From Lytechinus pictus (Eukaryota): 64,000 bases of DNA. The translations under genes and the position numbers were made by a program. The stretch covers positions 24,926,001 through 24,990,000 of the forward strand of contig NC_087250.1 in assembly GCF_037042905.1 (NCBI RefSeq), given 5' to 3'. Numbering within the stretch: the first letter of the stretch is position 1; every line of letters starts with the position of its first letter. The notes beneath the pieces were generated by a model. That model had not been told where the DNA came from. It searched no databases and saw nothing but the letters and a program-made list of their open reading frames with translations. Below, piece by piece: positions 24,301 through 35,690 of the stretch.

Positions 24301-27157
24301 TCAGATACTTGATGACGTCAACATGACCATTGCCAGCAGCACTGTGTAATGCAGTCTCACCATCATTATCTCTCTCATTTACCTCAGCTCCTTGACTGAT
24401 CAGATACTTGATGACGTCAACATGACCATTGACAGCAGCACTGTGTAATGCAGTCTCACCATCATTATCTCTCTCATTTACCTCAGCTCCTTGACTGATC
24501 AGATACTTGATGACGTCAACATGACCATCGTAAGCAGCACTGTGTAATGCGGTCCAACCATCATTATCTCCCTTATTAACCTCAGCCCCTTGACTGATCA
24601 GATACTTGATGACGTCAACATGACCATTGTAAGCAGCACTGTGTAATGCAGTCCAACCATCATTATCCTCCTTATTTACCTCAGCCCCTTGACTGATCAG
24701 ATACTTGATGACGTCAACTTGACCATTCTTAGCAGCACTGTGTAATGCAGTCCAACCATCATTATCTTCCTTATTAACCTCAGCTCCTTGACTGATCAGA
24801 TACTTGATGACGTCAACATGACCATTGTAAGCAGCAATGTGTAATGCAGTCCAACCATCATCTCTTCCCTTATTGACCTCAGCCCCTTGACTGATCAGAT
24901 ACTTGATGACGTCAACATGACCATTGTCAGCAGCACTGTGTAATGCAGTCCAACCATCATCTCTACCCTTATTGACCTCAGCCCCTTGACTGATCAGATA
25001 CTTGATGACGTCAACATGACCATTGTCAGCAGCACTGTGTAATGCAGTCCAACCATCATCTCTACCCTTATTAACCTCAGCTCCTTGACTGATCAGATAC
25101 TTGGTAACATCAACATGACCATTCTTAGCAGCACTGTGTAATGCAGTCCAACCATCATTATCTCCCTTTTTAACCTCAGCTCCTTGACTGATCAGATACT
25201 TGATGACGTCAACATGACCATTGCCAGCAGCACTGTGTAATGCAGTCTCACCATCATCTCTTCCCTTATTAACCTCAGCTCCTTGACTGATCAGATACTT
25301 GATGACGTCAACATGACCATTGCCAGCAGCACTGTGTAATGCAGTCTCACCATCATTATTTCTCTCATTTACCTCAGCTCCTTGACTGATCAGATACTTG
25401 GTGACGTCAACATGACCATTGTAAGCAGCACTGTGTAATGCAGTCTCACCATCATTATCTCTCTCATTTACCTCAGCCCCTTGACTGATCAGATACTTGA
25501 TGACGTCAACATGACCATTGTAAGCAGCAATGTGTAATGCAGTCCAACCATCATCTCTTCCCTTATTGACCTCAGCCCCTTGACTGATCAGATACTTGAT
25601 GACGTCAACATGACCATTGTCAGCAGCACTGTGTAATGCAGTCCAACCATCATCTCTACCCTTATTAACCTCAGCTCCTTGACTGATCAGATACTTGGTA
25701 ACATCAACATGACCCTTCTTAGCAGCACTGTGTAATGCAGTCCAACCATAATTATCTCCCTTTTTAACCTCAGCTCCTTGACTGATCAGATACTTGATGA
25801 CGTCAACATGACCATTGCCAGCAGCACTGTGTAATGCAGTCTCACCATCATCTCTTCCCTTATTAACCTCAGCTCCTTGACTGATCAGATACTTGATGAC
25901 GTCAACATGACCATTGCCAGCAGCACTGTGTAATGCAGTCTCACCATCATTATCTCTCTCATTTACCTCAGCTCCTTGACTGATCAGATACTTGATGACG
26001 TCAACATGACCATTCTTAGCAGCACTGTGTAATGCAGTCCAACCATCATTATCTCCCTTTTTAACCTCAGCTCCTTGACTGATCAGATACTTGATGACGT
26101 CAACATGACCATTGCCAGCAGCACTGTGTAATGCAGTCTCACCATCATTATCTCTCTCATTTACCTCAGCTCCTTGACTGATCAGATACTTGATGACGTC
26201 AACAGGACCATTGTCAGCAGCACTGTGTAATGCAGTCACACCATCATTATCTCTCTCATTTACCTCAGCTCCTTGACTGATCAGATACTTGATGACGTCA
26301 ACATGACCATCGTAAGCAGCACTGTGTAATGCAGTCCAACCATCATTATCTCCCTTTTTAACCTCAGCTCCTTGACTGATCAGATACTTGATGACGTCAA
26401 CATGACCATTGCCAGCAGCACTGTGTAATGCAGTCTCACCATCATCTCTTCCCTTATTAACCTCAGCTCCTTGACTGATCAGATACTTGGTGACGTCAAC
26501 ATGACCATTGTAAGCAGCACTGTGTAATGCAGTCTCACCATCATTATCTCTCTCATTTACCTCAGCTCCTTGACTGATCAGATACCTGATGACGTCAACA
26601 TGACCATTGTAAGCAGCACTGTGTAATGCAGTCCAACCATTATTAGCTCCCTTATTAACCTCAGCCCCTTGACTGATCAGATACTTGATGACGTCAACAT
26701 GACCATTGTAAGCAGCATTGTACAATGCAGTCCAACCATTATTATCTCCCTTATTAACCTCAGCTCCTTCACTGATCAGATACTTGATGACGTCAACATG
26801 ACCATTGTAAGCAGCACTGTGTAATGCAGTCCAACCATCATCTCTTCCCTTATTAACCTCAGCTCCTTGACTGATCAGATACTTGGTGACGTCAACATGA
26901 CCATTGTTAGCAGCACTATGTAATGCAGTCCAGCCATCATCTCTTCCCTTATTAACCTCAGCCCCTTGACTGATCAGACACTTGATGATGTCAACATGAC
27001 CATTCGTAGCAGCATTTAACAACGCATTACTCTCCTCAATATCTGTACTAGCACTGCTGACATTTCCTGATATATTTTCCTGAGTGTTTCCCAATACATT
27101 TTGTGCAGATGTGTTTTCCATTCTGATTTCTGACTTTTGATACTGCTTCAGCAACAT
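6242..27157 (-). CDS. Giant ankyrin-repeat / ZU5-UPA / multi-death-domain protein, exons 1-17 (3' end runs off the left edge)
   Basis: Manual exon chain with GT-AG sites and consistent phases: 27157-16985, 16584-16402, 15915-15758, 15036-15002, 14681-14340, 13999-13752, 13413-13285, 13117-12955, 12582-12537, 10942-10656, 10037-10022, 9745-9486, 8911-8771, 8377-8084, 7870-7622, 6982-6638, 6459-6242. Total 13287 nt = 4429 codons with no stop. Confidence 0.85.
7622..7870 (-). CDS. Exon 15: divergent death-fold domain 4
   Basis: FIDLTQRLVLPASEIIQV...ILQMLHRWVKQGGTRLMLLEITQAFNFTDAAEHI. Phase 1-1. Confidence 0.75.
8084..8377 (-). CDS. Exon 14: divergent death-fold domain 3
   Basis: ALQVAKALRLDVNDIISLI...LAWKLLHQWCRR. 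Phase 1-1. Confidence 0.7.
8771..8911 (-). CDS. Exon 13: acidic low-complexity linker
   Basis: DDENRDEDDGEIALDPEVNADPSPQQEPAQDEEEDNDDW. Phase 1-1 splice sites. Confidence 0.75.
9486..10037 (-). CDS. Exons 11-12: 16-nt micro-exon (10037-10022) and death domain 2 (9745-9486)
   Basis: IPDTTLLQVARHISKEKFYEIGVQLGFDEIELHHIEHRSLYNRKDANIQMLSMWK. The micro-exon (aag|ACATTGACCCGACCGA|gtaagt) is needed to convert phase 1 to phase 2. Confidence 0.8.
10656..10942 (-). CDS. Exon 10: death domain 1
   Basis: SDIDILTIAQTMDVNQFYDLGIALGFTVAELDRVEYRRFRDRQQAAYDMLVVWRGRQ carries the death-fold signature LG..LG / ML..W. Confidence 0.88.
10983..11100. repeat. 118-bp near-perfect palindrome centred on (TA)n
   Basis: tatcacaaaattactgttcaacgattaatgaatttaaattacatactatttaa...ttaaatagtatgtaatttaaattcattaatcattgaacagtaattttgtgata, one mismatch. 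Confidence 0.92.
11309..12296. mobile_element. Non-autonomous Tc1/mariner-like element inserted in (TA)n
   Basis: TIRs cagtgtgtatcaaaaaaaagtttacactt / aagtgtaaactttttttgatacgcaccg, with TA on both sides. Confidence 0.85.
12537..13999 (-). CDS. Exons 6-9: end of ZU5, UPA-like domain and linker
   Basis: Exons 13999-13752, 13413-13285, 13117-12955 and 12582-12537 are open in the chained frame (LELYIDRCAEWWILIP..., CHRPVPFSFETRSGDVTITC...). UPA is inferred from its position between ZU5 and DD. Confidence 0.7.
14340..14681 (-). CDS. Exon 5: first ZU5 domain
   Basis: EIKLEDHGILMYIPTGAI...GIRCDPQTLIFNQPVKITIPHS matches the ZU5 pattern (GI.L.IP.GA ... P...F..PV.I.IPH). Phase 1-1. Confidence 0.85.
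15002..16584 (-). CDS. Exons 2-4: terminal ankyrin repeats and cap (DDTAPIHLAIIHGH...; ISDEYYNGGLSPNESLVFYLLENGAKLDVKDETGNLPIHYAKDELVRQMILSR; SPSLDDVLSNR)
   Basis: Exons 16584-16402 (phase 0-0), 15915-15758 (0-2) and 15036-15002 (2-1), all with canonical splice sites. Ankyrin-like motifs DGQTCLHKA and GNLPIHYA. Confidence 0.85.
15209..15531 (-). mobile_element. tRNA-derived SINE, family A
   Basis: A box tggcccagtgg, B box gggttcaaatccc, (ATT)n tail. Homologous to the copies at 47822 and 57170. Confidence 0.88.
16985..27157 (-). CDS. Exon 1: ~102 ankyrin repeats (33 aa, consensus NKGDNDGWTALHSAAxNGHVDVIKYLISQGAEV)
   Basis: 3418-aa ORF in the track. Probable phase-0 donor AAG|gtactt at 16985/16984. 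Start at ATG 27157, or 27121. Confidence 0.95.
18440..26953 (-). repeat. Coding tandem array, 86 x 99 bp, highly homogeneous
   Basis: Unit such as cctcagctccttgactgatcagatacttgatgacgtcaacatgaccatt...cagcactgtgtaatgcagtccaaccatcat, repeated at an exact 99-bp period. Confidence 0.97.
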
Positions 27158-28148
27158 GATAATCCCTCACCACACCTCTAACTCTCGTCTGGATCCATTT
27201 TCCAAATGTAATTCACAATTTCTAAAAGCACCATTACTTTATAAAAATACCAGAAAAATCCTATCACCATGCAGCCACACAGAGATGCCGATATTCCTCC
27301 TTTCTGCTTACCTGCAGGCCAACTTGCTCGTTTAGAACGCGATGTTGTAATTTATTCACAATTGAGCTTTAGAATCATAAAGTAAATTTACATTGCAGAT
27401 ATCACAAATCTCATCCATGGTGAGATCTTTATGTAAACAAGGTTTTAACCGCTGTCATAGATAGTGGACTAGGGGTTGAACCCCACCCCTATTTTCCCAA
27501 AAAAGAGGAAGGGCTGAGGAGAAGAGGAAGATAAAAGATAGGAGGAACAAATTTGGATAAAAGCAGAGGGGATTGAAATGCTTACAAAGTAAATAATAAT
27601 AATGATAAATCAGGTCAAATAAAACAAGAAATTTGCAGTTTTCATGGCCCTGGGAAGTGGGGAGTATTCCAAAAGATGTTATACACCATAGAAAACACCC
27701 CTTGGAAATCAAGTTGGTAGGTTAACACGTAAAATTTTGACGAATATAATATTCAAATCACCATTTAAATAATCTTTTTTTATTCATCTATTATTGTTGA
27801 TTAATTGTTTATTACCTTCATTTTGGTTTGGAGAAATATTCCTTGTTTTCTTTCTTTTTCTTATCATTTTTTCCAAACCAGCACCCCCTCTTCGAAAATC
27901 AGCCTTGAGTGAGATCACTCGAGTAGGGATCGGGCCATCGGGGGGGGGGAGCTTGAATAAATTCAATAATATTTATTTCTTCATTCATTTTTATTCGTAG
28001 TTTTAATAGCGGTGCAAGATTTAAAAAGTGTCTTATTTCTTGAAATATTTTGCATGACGTCAGAGGCGATAATTGAGTTTAGCATTATTTATTTCGGTCG
28101 ATAGACGGCCTTGAAAATTTACTATGCCAAGATCGACAAAAAATTAAA

Positions 28149-29068
28149 GGGGTAATCCAGTCTGAAGTAAATATGATTTGAACAGATAAAGAAAAATCAG
28201 ACAAACAAAACACTGAACATTTGGTTAAAATCGGACAAAGAATAACCATCAACTTATGACGTTTCAAAGATTTGCATTTTCCGGTGAAACAATTCTAGGC
28301 ATGTCTTCATGAATATTCAATTGGCAAATTGATGATGTTATATCCCCATTTGTTCTTTTGATACGAAATTAGCTTAATTCAAGTTTTTTCCTCTAAGAAC
28401 TAAAAATTTGGATTGAAAACTGATTTAGTGCATTAAATATTCATTGCTGCAACTTATAGCATAAGGGAGATATATTATTCACACATGTATGAAATGATGA
28501 AAAAAATAGAGCTTCTTAGACCTTCGTTACATACTTGTAACCATTAACGTTAAATCTATCACATGCAACAAGTTTGTTTATAAAATGTTTTAAAACAAAT
28601 GATCAAAATTGGACAAGGAGTAAAAATGTTATAAAAATATAGAGATATATTATTTCGGTGAAACAGTTCTAGCTCTAGACTTATGCATGCCTTTATGAAT
28701 TTAATTAGCAAACTAATGCAAAGATGTCTCAACTTGTTATTTTGTATTTTATTACATGAAATTATGTTTGTTCTATTTTTCCTCCAAGACTATATTTATT
28801 GATACAAAAAGGGTGACATATCATTCACACATGTAGGGAAAAAATGAAATAAGTATGATTTCTTGTTTTAACTTAAGAAAAGTTAAAGGGGGATGTGACA
28901 TTATAAGCCCATCTAATGAATATTATTCAAATGTGCATATAACTGTTTTTTTTTACAAAATATTGCTAACCCCCCCCCCCCTGTTATCAGATTTTGATGA
29001 AATTTTAAGAATTAGCTCGTTGTATTTTAATCTATTTAATGAGAATATTTTCAGCTCGGAGTGCCTAT
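28149..29068. mobile_element. Diverged Kolobok-like MITE
   Basis: ttaa|aggggtaatccag...ctatttaa ends. Interior similar to 30638-31225. Confidence 0.5.
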
Positions 29069-30637
29069 TTAAATTGGTTAATTATGGAAATTGTTTAAAT
29101 CCCCCTCCAAACAAATGCTCATTTTGTCGGTCTTCTTATTTTAATTTTGATTTTTCGGAACTGTGCAAATGATATTGAAATTATAACTAGAAATGTATAC
29201 TTTTTTTTTAATTCAGAATATTTTTTTGCTGGGGGGGTTAATTTCTTCTTTTTTCTACCATCTGGTAGAGCTACATTACATGAGGTTCCCCAACTTTTTA
29301 CACAAAATCATTCAATCTTGAAATAAAAATGGGCACTTTGTTGATTTATTTATATTTTAGAAAAAAAGATAGTATAAAAAATTATTATTTAATAGTTGTA
29401 AATGTTTTTTTATTAAAGTTTTTTTCTTACGTATTTTTTTTTCTTCAAATAATCTTTAACCATGAAGATTTGTTTACTAATTGGTCTCGTTCTATTTCGT
29501 TGTGTTAAAGGCACATCATGGATCCACAGAGCAACTGTATTAGCATGATTATAGTGCAGTGAGGACAAGACATCTCAGAACAACATAAACATGGTATAGA
29601 CAGCAGCTCTTCAAGTAGTATTTCAAGACTCTGATATGGGTTTCACCAATACCACCGCTTCAGGTAACTTTCCATTTTGTATCTATATATATATATATAT
29701 ATTCTATATGGAAAGAGTGTGCCAGTTTTTACCCTGTCATGTCAATTGTTACCGATTTCTCCACGAAGGCAGTTAATTGCCGTTTTGTAAGATATTGTTT
29801 TATAATAAATTCTAAATGAAATCTAGACTCATGGAAATTGTAAAATAGAACAAATATAAAATGATGATGAACACCATAAAAATAAAAAAAATACAGAATT
29901 TGGACTAAGGATCAGAGAAAGCTATTTACAAGCGATTTTTAAAAATTAAACATTTGAATATGAACATCTTGTGATTTTTTGCGGGATTTTTGTTTAATCC
30001 AGCAATAATCATATTTATTTTTAATAGAAACATATGAAATCAGGGAGTACTTCCAACTTTATAATAAATCAAGTAACATTTACACAAATCAAAAAATTGA
30101 AAAGTTAATGTATGATAAATATCTTGTTGTTGATAATGTTTATGATTCGTGAAGAAATGAGAAAGTAATGTGACTGTTTTTTTTATAAAACAGTAATATC
30201 GGTGAAATTTTCATTTGCATTCATCAATCATGCAGATTCGAGTCATCGGAACGTGGCATTTTTTAGAATGGACATGAAGAAAGCAAACAAAGCAGAGGAA
30301 GAAAAATTTCCCCTATTGGTGAACTCTGCTGACATACTCTCTCAGATGCTCCCAGTTAAGCTATCAACTGGACTTTCCAAGGAGAAGGAAGAGGACATAT
30401 GGAAAGATCTTAGATGAGTACAAGGCAGATCTCTTGGCACATCAGCCTCCCTGGTGGGGGAGGAAATTGAACGATAAATACATGTTTCTCTTTGAATGAA
30501 CAAACTCTATGAGTTTTTCGATAAAAAAAACTTTAACTTAATTTGTACCGTTTGCTGATCCATTAGAAGGATGTCATTGTAGAAAGTTGAAATGTGGTAA
30601 GTTTGCTGCTGTATCAAGAAGTGTGTGATAATGTTAA

Positions 30638-31225
30638 AGGACAAGTTCACTCCAAAAAAAAACTTGATTTCAATAAGAGAAAAATTCAACAAGCATAACA
30701 CTCAAAATTTCATCAAAATCGGATGTAAAATAAGAAAGTTATGACATTTTAAAGTTTCGCTTCATTTCACAAAACAGTGTTATGCACATCTCGGTCGGTA
30801 TGCAAATGAGGGAACTGATGACATCACTCACTCACTATTTCTTTTGTATTTTATTATATGAAATATGAAATATTTTGATTTTCTCGTCATTGTCATGTGA
30901 AATGAAGTTTCATTCCTAATTGAACACGTGGAATTCCATTATTTTAACATTTTGTGCTTCAGGCAAGGAGGTCCTAATCATCAAATTCGTAAAAATTGAA
31001 ATATTGTATAATTCAAACAATAAAAAACAAAAGAAATAGTGAGTGAGTGATATCATCGACTCTCTCATTTGGATGAAACTGGATCGTTCATATAACTATT
31101 TTGTTAAAAATAAGCGAAACTTTGAAATGTCATAACTTTCTTATTTTACACCCGATTTTGATGAAATTTTCAGCATTGTGCTTGTCTGATTTTTCTCACA
31201 CATTTTTCTGAGGTGGACTTGACCT
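30638..31225. mobile_element. Kolobok-like MITE
   Basis: TTAA on both sides, AGG...CCT termini (aggacaagttcac / gtggacttgacct), long imperfect internal inverted arms. Confidence 0.8.
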
Positions 31226-33571
31226 TTAAAGGCACACACTATAGGAGTGATTATCGTGTTTTATATCAATTTTAGTGCAATTTCGACAGTGGAGAGCGAT
31301 GCACATCTCTGATCTTTGCAAATACTGGTGCTTAGATATGTAGTCTCTTCCATATCACGAATTAAACTGATATTATTTTACTGAAGCATAATATGTTTAC
31401 AACGCATTTCCACTACACACGTGTACACAGTGTAGCAGGGAAAATAAAATTGTAAAAAGTAAGATCAGATACCTGTGTAATTGTGAGTATTTGTTAGTTA
31501 TAATGCCTGTCGTTTTGATATGTGGAAACAAGTCTGAGGCACATACTTTTTTATTCTTTTTAAACGAAGTCACACACACAAAAAAAAAACATTATCCTTC
31601 AGTGATTCAGATAATTTGGCAGTAATTGGTGAAATATATTCCATGACTACCCAATTCCTAAAAAAACCAAAAGGGGCCCATTTCATAAAATGTTGATACG
31701 GCTTGCTGCCATGACAACAGTGAAACTTCTGCTTCCTGATTCGTTCGTTCAATGAAAGTTTATATTTCATCAAGAGTTGCTCTTTTAGTAACTTTTTAAT
31801 GAAATGTAGCCCGCATCAGCTTTTCACTAATGTTTATTGCCACAGAAAAAACTTGGTTTGGAACAATTGAATTTTTGTTTGTGTCTATTATTTTTCAAGC
31901 ATGATTTTTTTTAATATAATTTACTTTGCGAGAAAGTCAAGAATTGATAAAGAGCTAAGTGGTGTCTCTCTTTTTTCCTTTATTTTTTTTTTTTTGGGGT
32001 GGGGTTATGGGCAGGGATAATTCTAGGATTTAAGTGGACAGGGGCTTTGGCCCCCACTTTTTTCAAAAAACACATAAGCACAAGTATAAACATTACAAAA
32101 TTGCCATTTGCTGTGATTTTTTTTTGCATGGATAGCCCCCTCCCATTTTCGAAAATGTTCTGCGGCGCGTGTAAGGGTGAGCACCCCCCCAAAAAAAATG
32201 ATAAGCTTTCCCCCCCCCCCCCCGAAAAAAATATAAGTAATTCTCCCCAACCTGCCCCTGGTCAATGGATCTGGTAACCTCCCATGTTCAAACTGCGCGC
32301 TATGACAAACTATATATAGTATGACAAATGGTCTCCATAAGTTTGTTTTGCATGTAATCTGAGTGTGTGGGTGTGGTTGAATATTTTGAATATTTTTTTG
32401 GTATTCGCCTTGATGTATGAAATTATGTCTGCACTACACCATGCTACACGAGATTAGTTCGCCTATGTGTGACACATTGTACATGTGTCCAGGTACCAGG
32501 AAACATTTTTAAAAAAAATCCAAAATTTCACCTATAATACCCATTTTCCCAGGATGGGCCACATTTAATAAACACGGTGGATACTGCATTTTATCGCCAA
32601 ATTGATAAAATACGTTGAAATATCTAATTGAGTTTTATATCATGTATAATAATTTTATGTTGATAGTTCCATCAAAATATTTATTTTAATAGGTTATAAC
32701 CACGCAAGTATTGATTATTTTCGATAATAAATGGTTCAAATGACAGCATTACCAGTTCGTCTATAACCATTTCTTTAGTCTAATACCCACTAACTTATCA
32801 TTCATTTCGCCCAATTAGACTAAATAGTGGACTTAACTGGTTATGAGACGAAATGGTGAGTGGACGAATTTGTGATTAGACCATGTGGATAGTGTACGAA
32901 CTGATGGTAGACCAAATGATAGTAGACGAGTGGGTGATTGGACGAAATGGCATAATACCAATTGAAAATAAACCATGATCATTTATTATAATGCCATTCC
33001 GTCCATCAACATGTCGTCTATAAACTATTTGGTCCAATCATCACTTCATCTAATCACCAGGGGACCGTAACACAATTAAGCAATGATCGTAGAACATTTT
33101 TCTACGATTGATTCCATTGACAAAATGTACAATCAATCGTGAAAATCAAGTGTACGACCAATCGTTAACCTTTGTGTAACGGAACCCAGGTCGTTATGAC
33201 TATTTCGTCTCATAACCAATTGACCTAATACCCAATTGCTTTACATTAATTTGCCAATTATTATTGTACCAAAATTTAATGGAATATAAACTAAATGGTC
33301 AACTGGTTATTAAACAAAATGGGGAGTGGACCATATGGATAGTGCATGAACTGATGTCAGACCAAATGAGAGTAGATGAGTTGATACTTGGACGAATCCG
33401 CATTAGAACAATTGAATGATTACAGACTTAGAGCCGCCAGCAAAGGCATATTCATTATTACATGTATTTGGAAGAAAAATCTAGCAAACTGCCTGCAACT
33501 TCATTGTCAAGGTCAATTTCATTGTTCATGGTCACGATACTGAACCAACCACGATGGCAGCTGTTTCCTAC

Positions 33572-33908
33572 CAGGTGGGGTACTTGGTTTGGACGGGGTG
33601 TGCGGCTGAAGGTTTAAAACCCATACCCATATACGGGTCAATTGGCTAAAAAGGTATCCATTATTAAGGATTTTTTAAAAATTGACAAGCCAAAAAAAAG
33701 TAAATAAAAATTCAAAAAAAAGTTATCACCAAAAATTGGAGGAGAATACGGACCCATGTTAAAGGCCAGTATCTAAAAATTGGGGCCATATTTAGGGATT
33801 TTCCAGCATAAAGCCGTACTCCATGTTAAGCGATTTCTTCCAAAAAGCGACCCATTCCAGCGGCACATCCCCGTATGCCTCATGTCGTGAATACCACCAT
33901 CCCCAGGG
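33572..33908. mobile_element. MITE with TSD tttcctac
   Basis: Direct repeat tttcctac on both flanks. Absent from the paralog at ~40392. Confidence 0.7.
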
Positions 33909-33914
33909 TTTCCT

Positions 33915-34052
33915 ACCGGTATCCAATTAGTACCTGAGAGTGAATAGCATTGGGGATAAGTTTCTTGCCAGAAGAAATTAGTCTCGCGACTAGAATCGAA
34001 CCCATAACCCTGTGATTCTCAGTCTGAGAACTTGACCACTAGACCACTACTC
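33915..34052 (-). mobile_element. tRNA-derived SINE fragment, family C; paralog at ~40400-40535
   Basis: Minus strand gtggtctagtggtcaag...gggttcgattc. Confidence 0.65.
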
Positions 34053-34091
34053 AAACATAATAATTCAGACAATAGTATTGTATCTAATTAC

Positions 34092-34363
34092 CACAGGCGG
34101 AAATCTCTCCCAAAAGGTATATGGGGGACAAAGGACTGGAAAAATTGACAAGCAAAAAAAAGGGTTATCACCCAAAATATAAGGTCGTTCTCGACCAAAA
34201 CCAATTTGACAAGCAAAAAAAAGGTTATCACCCCTAAATTAAAGTTATCTCGTCCAAAATACATGTTTTATTTCCATTTTGAATGATGTATTTCTTTTCA
34301 TCACAAAAGACCAAAAATAGTAGGGGGGCATTTGATATTGTCCCCCTGGGATTTCTGCCCATG
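34092..34363. mobile_element. hAT-like MITE, 8-bp TSD ctaattac
   Basis: TSD at 34084-34091 and 34364-34371. TIR cacaggcggaaatc / gatttctgcccatg. Empty site at ~40582. Confidence 0.85.
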
Positions 34364-34591
34364 CTAATTACTGTTATTGAGGGGGCAAGATATGAAGTAT
34401 CGGGCGAAAATTCTTAAAAGTAGCGAGTGAAGATCGATAGCGAGCGAGCAAAATTTTCACCTTTTTATCAGAAAATCGTATAGATTTTGACATTTACATT
34501 CATATGATTTTAAATAATTTTCTCCCTTTTTTTTTCTTGATCTTGAAGATTTCGGATGTCCATGGCCACCACCCCCCCCCCCTCAGTAGGC

Positions 34592-34808
34592 CAGGGGCGC
34601 ACCCAGGATTTTCCAAAGGGGGGGTGCTAAGTTTTTGGAGGATATTTCGAATTTGACAAGCAAAAAAAAGGTCTTCAACCGCAAGGACGTACATTTCGTA
34701 CAAGAAAAAAACTCGTCAGGGGGGGGGGGGGCAGGGGTACGTTCCCTGCTTGAGTTGTGACTCGTCAGGGGGGCAGTCTGCCCCCCCCCCCCCGTAGGTT
34801 CGCTAGTG
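34592..34808. mobile_element. hAT-like MITE, 8-bp TSD cagtaggc
   Basis: TSD at 34584-34591 and 34809-34816. Empty site at ~40830. Confidence 0.85.
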
Positions 34809-35690
34809 CAGTAGGCCCAACACAAAACCAATAATATAATAGTAGTTTAATCACTGTTAATTTTTTAAAGTAAATTTCTGGTCAATTCTTCAATTCTAGT
34901 ATCAGTAAACATTTATAAGATTACCCTTTTTCATTACTATTTCTCAAGATCAAATTCTGATGTTTGATTTTTTCACAAGTGTTATCACGCATTTATGCTT
35001 AATTTCGTCAAGCCATGTTAATACTTTCCTTGTCTCTCTACAGCAACGAATATTGCTAATTACACTAATGTAGATGGAAGCCATCAATTATTTGTTTGTC
35101 TTAATGTAAAACAAATGAAGGAAACTAAAGAAGATGTTCAATTTCACTCTTGCCAAAGCAAAAACGAAAAATAAATAAAATGTTTCTTCTCTTTTTTTGC
35201 CAAAAAACACCCACAAGTTTGAGAAGTTTTTAAATTGTCTTTATGCACAGAAAAAGAAAAGATATTCTTGTCAGAAAATGGTATAGTGAACAAAAGAATT
35301 TGATTTTTAAATAATGTTTGATTTTACATAATTCTTTCCTTATCCAAAATGATAAACAAGAAATTTCTGTTTGAAATCACTAGAAAATTTACGAACCTCA
35401 TTTCGTTTTCGGACTAGCAAAGCTTCGGAATTACGATTGATGCGGGGTTGCACACGTCAATACTTGTAAATGGGTGCATTTTCAGAATATGGAAAATACG
35501 TGTTTAGGGTGCTTTTCAAGACCCCGTGGTCGCGCATTGTATCCACTTGTCAATGGAAGTGGCCCCTCCAGGCAAAAAAGACTGCTTGAAGTACTCTTTC
35601 CTTCCAAGGATAATGCCAAGGAAATTAGCATGTTTAGATAATGTAAAAAAGGTGTCATTTATATTATATAGCATCTAAATAATATAAAAT

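Noticed and set aside
18440..26953. CRISPR-like or non-coding satellite interpretation of the array
   Set aside because: The units are in-frame 33-codon ankyrin repeats with no unique spacers, in a eukaryotic context.
6242..27157. Naming the gene ANK1/2/3, PIDD1 or UNC5
   Set aside because: Repeat number, single-exon array, absence of LRR/Ig/TM regions and five death folds do not fit any of these orthologs.
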